Part shown: positions 30,690-37,839 of the stretch, one piece after another
Layout: the number at the start of each line of letters is the position of its first letter
Numbering within the stretch: the stretch's first letter is position 1
Source: an uncultured virus (IMG/VR IMGVR_UViG_3300047375_000936)
Taxonomy: Duplodnaviria > Heunggongvirae > Uroviricota > Caudoviricetes
IMG/VR virus record: IMGVR_UViG_3300047375_000936
Direction: 5' to 3' (one strand)
Length of the DNA: 64,000 bases
Program-made: the position numbers and the translations under genes
The notes under the pieces: generated by a model
What the model saw: the letters and a program-made list of their open reading frames with translations, nothing else
Databases searched by the model: none
What the model was told of the DNA's origin: nothing

Positions 30690-31520
30690 ATGGCAAGAAG
30701 AGTAAATTATCTTAACAATAAAGATATGTTGGCAGAGATACATAAATCAAAAAATACATTTGCTAGTTACGTTGACCCAACAAATGCAGATTACGATATT
30801 ATTCTGCCTAGTGTTGACAAGATTAACATACGCACAATTGCAGAAGCAAAGCGTAATAAAGCAAAAAAACTAACAACTAGAAAATACGAAGCTGAAAAAG
30901 CAGCTGGCAAGAAAGTAAAGCAAGCTGACTGCGAGGTAAGCTATCAAAGTATTACAAAAGAAGAATTAATTTTTCGTGTAATGACGTTTGACCATATACC
31001 TGAAGAACCAGGACGTAAAAAGAATCCAAAAACTGTTGCAGATACAAAAACTAAACTGCCATTTCCGCCATATGTACATTATAAATTTGACAACGATGGA
31101 AATTTACAACTAGTTGGTAAATCACACTGGGAAGGTGGCATGGAGAACGGACACTTTTCAAAAGAACACGGCAAAGCAACAAATAAACTTGCTATGATGT
31201 GGATGAAACTTGTTGATCGCTATGCTACAAGAGGTAATGTTCGTGGTTACACCTACAACGACGAAATGAAAGGTCAAGCAATTCTACAACTTGCACAGAT
31301 TGGCTTGCAATTTGACGAATCAAAGAGTCAAAATCCTTTTGCTTACTACACAGCAGCCGTTACTAATAGCTTTGTGCGTGTTATCAACTTAGAAAAACGT
31401 AATCAGAACATTAGAGACGATATTCTCGAGATGAACGACTTAAATCCTTCGCATACAAGGACACATTCTGGAGAATGGGAAGCTGCTCTTAAAAGAGAAG
31501 CAGAAGCAGCAAAAAAGTAA
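30690..31520 (+). CDS. gp55: Late-transcription sigma factor, T4 gp55-like
   Basis: Motif RGYTYNDEM...QFDESKSQNPFAYYTAAVTNSFVRVINLEKR. Start set at ATG 30690 after AGGAG. The order 55-47-46 is as in T4. Confidence 0.85.
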   Translation: MARRVNYLNNKDMLAEIHKSKNTFASYVDPTNADYDIILPSVDKINIRTIAEAKRNKAKKLTTRKYEAEKAAGKKVKQADCEVSYQSITKEELIFRVMTFDHIPEEPGRKKNPKTVADTKTKLPFPPYVHYKFDNDGNLQLVGKSHWEGGMENGHFSKEHGKATNKLAMMWMKLVDRYATRGNVRGYTYNDEMKGQAILQLAQIGLQFDESKSQNPFAYYTAAVTNSFVRVINLEKRNQNIRDDILEMNDLNPSHTRTHSGEWEAALKREAEAAKK

Positions 31521-31549
31521 TTGACAACTTAACTAAAATACCATATAAT
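31521..31549 (+). promoter_or_regulatory. Consensus sigma70 promoter upstream of gp47
   Basis: TTGACA (31521-31526), a 17-nt spacer, then TATAAT (31544-31549). Confidence 0.9.
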
Positions 31550-31574
31550 AGTATTCTATGATAGGAGTATTTCT

Positions 31575-32588
31575 TTGTTTAAAAAAGCTGCGGTCTTTAC
31601 AGACATACACTTTGGATTAAAAGGCAATTCACGTGTTCACAACCAAGATTGTGAGGATTATGTGGATTGGTTTATCCAAACGGCCAAGGAACATGGGTGC
31701 GAGACTGCCTTGTTTACTGGTGATTGGAACCATAATCGCAATAGTTTAAATTTAACTACTATGGATGCTGGGCTTCGGTGTCTTGAGAAGATAGGTGCAG
31801 CATTTGATAAGTTTTATATGTTTGCAGGTAACCACGATTTGTATTATAAAGATAAACGTGATGTAAAGTCAACTGAGTTTGCTCGACATATTCCTGGTGT
31901 TACTGTAATTGAAGACATACTTGTCGAGGATGATGTTGCATTGGTACCGTGGTTAGTAGGCGATGAGTGGAAAAAGATGAAAGACATCCAAGCAAAATAC
32001 TTGTTTGGACACTTTGAACTGCCTAGCTTCTATATGAATGCAATGGTACAGATGCCCGATCACGGAGAACTAAAGAGCGAGCATTTTGTAAATCAAGAGT
32101 ATGTGTTTAGCGGACACTTCCACAAACGTCAAAAACAAGGTAAGGTGCATTACATTGGTAATGCATTCCCCCATAACTATGCCGATGCATGGGACGACGA
32201 TCGCGGTATGATGATACTTGATAAAGAGAATGATGCAGAACCTGAATACATTAATTGGGTCGATTGCCCTAAGTACCGCACTATTAAGCTATCGCAACTG
32301 ATTGATGAGAAAGATACACTTCTCAAAAGCAGAATGTACCTAAGAGTTACACTTGATTTACCTGTAAGCTACGAAGAAGCAAGTTTTATCAAAGAAACAT
32401 TTATAAACGATTACGATTGTAGAGAGATTACACTAATTCCTCACAAACAACTTGAAGAAATTAACACCGAACTTGATATTGCACAGTTTGAAAGTGTAGA
32501 TCAAATTGTTTCAAACGAAATACTAGCAATTGACAGTGATAACTTTGACAAAGCAATGCTACTAGATATCTATAACGGATTAGAATGA
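31575..32588 (+). CDS. gp47: Recombination nuclease subunit (Mre11/SbcD-like), T4 gp47
   Basis: Metallophosphoesterase motifs DIHFG, GD, GNHD, GHFE and SGHFH. TTG start after AGGAG. Confidence 0.95.
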   Translation: MFKKAAVFTDIHFGLKGNSRVHNQDCEDYVDWFIQTAKEHGCETALFTGDWNHNRNSLNLTTMDAGLRCLEKIGAAFDKFYMFAGNHDLYYKDKRDVKSTEFARHIPGVTVIEDILVEDDVALVPWLVGDEWKKMKDIQAKYLFGHFELPSFYMNAMVQMPDHGELKSEHFVNQEYVFSGHFHKRQKQGKVHYIGNAFPHNYADAWDDDRGMMILDKENDAEPEYINWVDCPKYRTIKLSQLIDEKDTLLKSRMYLRVTLDLPVSYEEASFIKETFINDYDCREITLIPHKQLEEINTELDIAQFESVDQIVSNEILAIDSDNFDKAMLLDIYNGLE

Positions 32589-34363
32589 TAAAAATTAAAG
32601 ACTTAACAGTAAAGAACTTCATGAGTGTGGGTAATGTTACCCAAGCAGTTGACTTTGACGAAGAGCAACTAACCCTTGTGTTAGGCGAGAACTTGGATCA
32701 AGGCGGTGACGATACTGGATCACGCAATGGCACTGGTAAAACCACTATCATTAATGCACTATCCTATGCATTATATGGACAGGCTCTTACAAATATCAAA
32801 CGCAACAACCTTATTAACAAAACTAACTCAAAAGGTATGCTTGTTACTCTTAACTTTGAGAAAGCTGGAAATCAATATCGTATTGAACGTGGTAGATCGC
32901 CAAACATACTCAAGTTTTATGTCAACGAAAACGAACAAATTGATGAATTAGCTGATAACAGCCAAGGCGATAGTCGTAAAACACAGGAATCAATTAAAGA
33001 CCTGCTAGACATGAGTCACGATATGTTTAAACATATTGTTGCGCTCAATACCTACACCGAACCTTTCCTTAGTATGCGGACAAATGACCAAAGAGCTATT
33101 ATTGAACAGCTTCTTGGTATTACGATACTAAGTGAAAAGGCATCATTACTCAAAGACTCGGTCAGACTTACTAAAGATACCATTACCGAAGAAACTTTAA
33201 AGATTGAAGCTATACAAAAAGCAAACGAAGGTATCCAAAGTACTATTACTAACCTTGAAAAAACACAAAGAGCCTGGAAAGCCAAGCAACGTACCGATAT
33301 TGACAAGCTAACAAGTGCAATTGAACAACTTGAAAAGTTAGATATCGATAAAGAATTAGATTCACACGACAAATTAGCAAACTGGACCAAGCATAACAAT
33401 GCTATTTCGTCACTAAAGAAAGAATTAGCTACATTAGAACCTGCATTGGTACGTGCTGATAAGAGTGTTAGCAAATTAAACAAGGATATTGTTGAATTAA
33501 AGGATGCAACGTGCTATACTTGCGGACAAGAGCTTCATGCAGACAAAAAAGCTGAAATTGAGTCAAAGAAAGCAAAAGAACTTGAAGATGCAATAGCGTA
33601 TCAAAAAGAAATTACTCGAAAAGTAACAGATGTTACTGTTGAACTAGATACAATTGGTGATATTAACGGTAAGCCTACTACATTCTACGAAGCTGCTAAA
33701 GAAGCATACGAACATAGAAACAACGTAGATAACTTAAAGCAAACACTGCTAAGTAAAGAGCAAGAGGCAGACCCATATCAGGCACAAATTAACGATTTAA
33801 CAAACACAGCACTACAAGATATCAACTGGTCAACAGTTAACGAACTTACTAATGTAAAAGAACACCAAGACTTCTTGCTAAAGCTATTAACCAACAAAGA
33901 TAGCTTCATTAGAAAGAAAATTATTGATCAGAACCTAGCATATCTTAACAATAGGCTAACATATTACTTAGATAAACTTGGTTTACCACATCAAGTGGTA
34001 TTCTTAAACGACTTAGCAGTTGAAATTACACAGCTAGGACAAGATCTTGACTTTGATAACCTGTCACGTGGCGAACGTAATAGGTTAATTCTTGGTCTTT
34101 CGTTTGCATTCCGTGATGTTTGGGAGAGTTTGTATCAAAGTATTAACTTACTGTTCATTGATGAGCTTATTGATAGCGGAATGGACACAGCAGGCGTAGA
34201 AAACAGTATAGGCGTACTTAAAAAGATGACTAGAGAGCGTAATAAGAATATTTTCCTTATCTCACATAAGGATGAACTAGTTGGCAGGGTCAACAATGTT
34301 CTAAGAGTGGTAAAGGAAAATGGGTTCACTAGTTATGCAACAGACATTGACATTGTAGAATGA
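32585..34363 (+). CDS. gp46: Recombination ATPase subunit (Rad50/SbcC-like), T4 gp46
   Basis: Walker A NGTGKTT, zinc hook CYTCGQ, signature LSRGE, Walker B LFIDE, H-loop ISH and coiled coils. Confidence 0.95.
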   Translation: MIKIKDLTVKNFMSVGNVTQAVDFDEEQLTLVLGENLDQGGDDTGSRNGTGKTTIINALSYALYGQALTNIKRNNLINKTNSKGMLVTLNFEKAGNQYRIERGRSPNILKFYVNENEQIDELADNSQGDSRKTQESIKDLLDMSHDMFKHIVALNTYTEPFLSMRTNDQRAIIEQLLGITILSEKASLLKDSVRLTKDTITEETLKIEAIQKANEGIQSTITNLEKTQRAWKAKQRTDIDKLTSAIEQLEKLDIDKELDSHDKLANWTKHNNAISSLKKELATLEPALVRADKSVSKLNKDIVELKDATCYTCGQELHADKKAEIESKKAKELEDAIAYQKEITRKVTDVTVELDTIGDINGKPTTFYEAAKEAYEHRNNVDNLKQTLLSKEQEADPYQAQINDLTNTALQDINWSTVNELTNVKEHQDFLLKLLTNKDSFIRKKIIDQNLAYLNNRLTYYLDKLGLPHQVVFLNDLAVEITQLGQDLDFDNLSRGERNRLILGLSFAFRDVWESLYQSINLLFIDELIDSGMDTAGVENSIGVLKKMTRERNKNIFLISHKDELVGRVNNVLRVVKENGFTSYATDIDIVE

Positions 34364-34605
34364 GCGAATTAGACACACATGACAAAATAGTGTTAGCAGT
34401 ACTTGAATATTTTGAACTAAACGAAATATTCAACCACAGGCCTGCAGAACTAAAGCGTAGGAAGGTACGTAAAAAGCTATCTGCACTACGTGATTTATGT
34501 ACTGTAAGACGAGAAGAAATACTACAAGAGCATGTTAGGCATGTAAAAGACGGCAGAGCAAAAAATAATCCAAAAAAGGCACGTGAGGCACTGAAGAAGA
34601 AGTAA
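34360..34605 (+). CDS. Hypothetical basic helical protein (81 aa)
   Basis: Translationally coupled to gp46 (ATGA overlap). No recognised motif. Confidence 0.6.
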   Translation: MSELDTHDKIVLAVLEYFELNEIFNHRPAELKRRKVRKKLSALRDLCTVRREEILQEHVRHVKDGRAKNNPKKAREALKKK

Positions 34606-34612
34606 CTACAGT

Positions 34613-35062
34613 ATGAATTGGACATACAAAGGTGAAGAAATAACTGAAATACCAGATGAGTACGAAGGATTTGTTTATCTTATTACCAATTTAACTAACA
34701 ATCAAAAATACATAGGCAAAAAACTAGCAAAGTTTAAAACTACCAAGCCACCACTTAAAGGCAAAAAGAATAAACGTAGAGGCTACAAAGAAAGTGACTG
34801 GAAAACCTATTGGGGATCCAGTGATAGGCTTAATGCAGACGTAGCCGCACTAGGCGAAGACAAGTTTACAAGAGAAATACTATACCTATGTAAAGGTAGG
34901 GGCGAAATGTCCTACATAGAGGCACGAGAGCAGTTTGACAGGCGAGTACTTGAAACAGATGATTACTACAACGGTATCATTAATGTTAGAGTGGGCGGAT
35001 CAGACAAACTAAAACAGGCATTGCTAGAACATCACATACAGGCAAAACATTCCAACACATAA
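34613..35062 (+). CDS. Stand-alone GIY-YIG (Seg-like) endonuclease, 149 aa
   Basis: GFVYLITNLTNNQKYIGKK, YWGSS, the conserved Glu helix (SYIEAREQF) and YYN. There is a K/R-rich insertion and no C-terminal NUMOD/HTH domain. Confidence 0.85.
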   Translation: MNWTYKGEEITEIPDEYEGFVYLITNLTNNQKYIGKKLAKFKTTKPPLKGKKNKRRGYKESDWKTYWGSSDRLNADVAALGEDKFTREILYLCKGRGEMSYIEAREQFDRRVLETDDYYNGIINVRVGGSDKLKQALLEHHIQAKHSNT

Positions 35063-35432
35063 GGTTGGCGGGCCAGAATAAAAATACCGCTGTGGAAAAA
35101 GCTCTCGTATAGAAGCACACGTACATATTGATTGACACACCAGAGTGTGGAAGCCACCAAACAAATTGGGCTCACTAGTTGATATAGATTGCATGTTGGC
35201 AGTCAAAAAACACAAACACAGTACATAAAAACTCTTTAGCAATAGGAACGAAGCAAGAGGTAGCGTAAGCGATGTCGACGTAGGTTGGGAAAGGTCAGAG
35301 CCCATTGTACTTTGTGTATAAACAATTACCTACTTCCAAGTTCTCGGCTGGATAAGACTCACATGAAGTTTTTTTTGAGAAAGATGGGACCGTAACAGGT
35401 TCCGTCTGACTGAAACGATCTACATGAAACTT
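35063..35432 (+). ncRNA. Candidate large structured non-coding RNA (class not recognised)
   Basis: No credible ORF. Many local and crossing long-range complementary segments were found by eye (see findings). Expression and strand are unverified. Confidence 0.55.
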
Positions 35433-35435
35433 AAA

Positions 35436-35526
35436 CATATCACTTACGTGATATGCTATTATAAATATTATAAATAATAAAAATGTGTAGAGCGATAGCG
35501 ATACACAGATGAACGTTAGTTCATCT
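35436..35526. repeat. Cluster of three inverted repeats around an AT-rich tract with tandem TATAAATA
   Basis: CATATCAC-ttac-GTGATATG (35436-35455), TATAAATA at 35460 and 35469, TGTGTA-gagcgatagcga-TACACA (35484-35507) and AGATGAAC-gtta-GTTCATCT (35507-35526). Confidence 0.85.
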
Positions 35527-35532
35527 TGATAA

Positions 35533-36024
35533 TTGAAAGTTATTATGTCATCACCTTTGCTAAGAGCTCTTGTTAAAAAATCAAATGATCTACATAGTTG
35601 TTGGAAAACTGGAAACAGTGGACAGTGTCAAAAGTGTGAGCGTAATCAAGATAATAGTGATGGTTATCAGTTAACAGACTTTGACCATGAAGACTTAAAA
35701 CTACTTGAAGAGATGATTGTAGATTATGAATATAATCAAATATCTCACCCAAAAAAAGTTACTGCTATCTACAACGGAGAATTTACACTTCCGGTTGGAG
35801 CAAAATCGTCTGATACAACTCGACAACCAAGAATTGTTTGGGTGCTAGATCGAACTATTGGTAATGCAATTATATCTGGCAAAGTTATACAGGCAGCAAA
35901 CACTTTAGGATGGGCAAGCACTTGTGAATCAAAAGATGATAAAATATTAATTGGTCTTGGATTTCGCGATAGAGGCGGTTCAGAAGCCTATGACGAAGCA
36001 TTTGTCAAACAGATATACAAGTAA
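35533..36024 (+). CDS. Hypothetical protein (about 160 aa)
   Basis: ORF fills the gap. The start is uncertain (TTG 35533 or ATG 35545). There is an N-terminal C-x8-CxxC cluster but no recognised family. Confidence 0.55.
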   Translation: MKVIMSSPLLRALVKKSNDLHSCWKTGNSGQCQKCERNQDNSDGYQLTDFDHEDLKLLEEMIVDYEYNQISHPKKVTAIYNGEFTLPVGAKSSDTTRQPRIVWVLDRTIGNAIISGKVIQAANTLGWASTCESKDDKILIGLGFRDRGGSEAYDEAFVKQIYK

Positions 36025-36027
36025 TTG

Positions 36028-36035
36028 TATAAATA
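36028..36035 (+). promoter_or_regulatory. Late promoter TATAAATA
   Basis: Exact T4 late consensus upstream of an AGGA SD and ATG 36064. Confidence 0.7.
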
Positions 36036-36063
36036 ATAGTAACACAAACAAGGATGTACTACG

Positions 36064-36690
36064 ATGAACGTATTTCAAATTATTGCTGAAGATCAAGAAC
36101 TAGATGAAGTGATTCCATTTACTAAAAAAGCTAAGATGATGAAAAAAGCTGGTAAAGCAGCCAAAGGTGCTACCAAAGACGAAGCACGTCAGCTAGAAGT
36201 TGAACTACTTACATATTTAAAAACATCTGGACAGACAGCAACAGCTGATGCTGTTTTGAAATACTTTGATCAAAAAGGTTATGGCAATGTTGCAGCGCCA
36301 ATTATTGCTAATCTAAAAACCAAAGGAAATAAAAAAGCTGATCGTCAAACAGCAAAAGCTGACAAGCGTCAAGCCAAAGCAGATGCTAAAGCAGCAGCAC
36401 AAGCCGATGCAGAAAAGGCAGCAGGTTTAGAAAAACAACGTCAAGGTATGGCAGCAATGTCAAGTATGTACAGTGAAGCAGAAGGCCAAGATGTATTAAC
36501 TAAACGTGAAGTGCGTGGTATTATCAAACAGGTTGTACAAAAAGGTTATGGCGGAGCAGCAGGATTTGGTAAAGGAAAGTTTGCAGCACCTGATCCAAAA
36601 TTTAAGTCAGCAAATGCTAAAATTGATCCAGCAATCCAAAAAGCTTCTGACATGTTGAAAAAAGCAGGATACACAGTAACTAAAACTTAA
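36064..36690 (+). CDS. Lys/Ala-rich late protein, possible internal head (DNA-binding) protein
   Basis: Short acidic N-terminus with I/L-x-E sites (IAE, LDE), then a basic K/A-rich body. It has its own late promoter. Function is an inference. Confidence 0.55.
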   Translation: MNVFQIIAEDQELDEVIPFTKKAKMMKKAGKAAKGATKDEARQLEVELLTYLKTSGQTATADAVLKYFDQKGYGNVAAPIIANLKTKGNKKADRQTAKADKRQAKADAKAAAQADAEKAAGLEKQRQGMAAMSSMYSEAEGQDVLTKREVRGIIKQVVQKGYGGAAGFGKGKFAAPDPKFKSANAKIDPAIQKASDMLKKAGYTVTKT

Positions 36691-36920
36691 AAGTAAGGCT
36701 GTCCAGTTTTTTGAGCAGTCTCTAGATTTTCTGTGGCTAGTTTAGATATAACTTCTTTATCATCTGGCGAAAGCATATATGCATCATCATAAGATAGAGA
36801 TCCTCGCATGTGCCAGCATATTTTTGCCATATCGTATCTAATTTGTTTTACTTCGTCTTCAAGGACCTTAACTTCTTTAAGAATGTCTTCAACTGAAAGT
36901 GCTAAGATCCTGATGCGAAA
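36687..36920 (-). CDS. Unannotated gp51-like ORF in the -1 frame of the gp26-like gene (probable frameshift extension, 77 aa)
   Basis: Manual translation: FRIRILALSVEDILKEVKVLEDEVKQIRYDMAKICWHMRGSLSYDDAYMLSPDDKEVISKLATENLETAQKTGQPYF*. It is open from the slippery site to TAA 36687 and fills the intergenic gap exactly. Confidence 0.7.
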   Translation of the reverse strand, partial: FRIRILALSVEDILKEVKVLEDEVKQIRYDMAKICWHMRGSLSYDDAYMLSPDDKEVISKLATENLETAQKTGQPYF

Positions 36921-37765
36921 AAATTTGAAGCATCAAAGTTGATTGGTATTTCCATAGTATCTGGAGCACCGTCAGCTCTGTCCTCTTCGCTAGTTACAAT
37001 TTTTCTTGGCTTAACTGTAAACTTTTTTCTTTGTTCATCAACATGATCGAGAATTGATTTGTAAACATCAACTGGAGCATTTTCTAAAAAGTCAGCTAAG
37101 TGTCTTGTGTCGGTAACAGTATTTCCGTCAACTGTAATTGACTTTACACTATTAAACACATTAGCAATATTAATATCAGTTAAACGCTGAAATGTTTCGT
37201 TGAACTTTTGAATCTTTTCACCTTCGCTCATGTCGTCGTCGTTAACAATTTTAAGAATACGCTGTTCCTCAAATGTTTTAAGAGCAACATCGGTAAACTG
37301 TTTGTACGTCATTGGAGCAGTTTCGATTGTAAATTCGTTATGTGTAAAACTAGTTTGATATTCGTTAACAACTAATTCGTCTAAGATTTCAACTAGATTT
37401 GCTTCAAATGCACGTTCGTTTTCAGTACCCGGAATAGTAAACTCTAACGATAGTGACTCTCCGTATGTAGCAATACGTATTGCCGTTAACAATGCATCGA
37501 GATCAATATTTGGAACTAACCAAGCGTTTTTAATACCAGGACAGCAATTTTGAATTACACTTACTGTACTTTGTCCATTTAACAAAGCATCTGGTGTTTT
37601 AATCATAATTTCATCTTTAGCTGTCATAGCATACACTGCAACTTTACCATCTTCGGTTAATTCGATTGTACCTTGCGGATAGAACAAACCTTTGCTAGGT
37701 AGGTCGATATATAGTTTAGGCTGACGAAAATGTTTCATCAGTGGATTTGGTTTAATCTCAGTCAT
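36902..37765 (-). CDS. gp26: Baseplate hub assembly / tail assembly chaperone, T4 gp26-like
   Basis: IDLPSKG, MTAKDEIMIKTPDALL and DLDALLTAIRIATYG motifs, and an NFF C-terminus. It is divergent from the tape-measure gene. Confidence 0.75.
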   Translation of the reverse strand: MTEIKPNPLMKHFRQPKLYIDLPSKGLFYPQGTIELTEDGKVAVYAMTAKDEIMIKTPDALLNGQSTVSVIQNCCPGIKNAWLVPNIDLDALLTAIRIATYGESLSLEFTIPGTENERAFEANLVEILDELVVNEYQTSFTHNEFTIETAPMTYKQFTDVALKTFEEQRILKIVNDDDMSEGEKIQKFNETFQRLTDINIANVFNSVKSITVDGNTVTDTRHLADFLENAPVDVYKSILDHVDEQRKKFTVKPRKIVTSEEDRADGAPDTMEIPINFDASNFFASGS

Positions 37766-37776
37766 AATTTCTCCGG

Positions 37777-37811
37777 ATAAATACTTTGTTAAGTATATAT
37801 CTATGTATTTA
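37777..37811. promoter_or_regulatory. Face-to-face late promoter motifs for tape measure (+) and gp26-like (-)
   Basis: ATAAATA on + at 37777-37783 and TAAATA on - at 37806-37811. Confidence 0.55.
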
Positions 37812-37839
37812 AGTGCGCAGTTAATTTAGGAACACAGTC

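Noticed and set aside
35024..35305. 93-aa minus-strand ORF over the non-coding region
   Set aside because: No SD or late motif, atypical composition, and it overlaps the GIY-YIG gene in antisense.
35063..35432. RNase P RNA, tmRNA or tRNA
   Set aside because: Resemblance is only superficial (GGAAAAAGCTC, CTCGGCT). There is no GAGGAAAGUCC, no TpsiC arm with acceptor stem, and no tag reading frame.
34613..35530. Group I intron carrying the GIY-YIG gene, or a group II intron remnant
   Set aside because: No interrupted host gene is evident and the flanking ORFs look complete. I could not find a proper P7 pairing (GACUA/UAGUC in the right order) or a domain V with the AGC/CGC triad.
36848..36904. 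TAG readthrough or alternative genetic code explaining the gp26 extension
   Set aside because: The 0 frame hits TAA 18 codons after the TAG, whereas the -1 frame is open for 77 codons. TAG and TGA end real genes elsewhere, and very long ORFs are intact in code 11.
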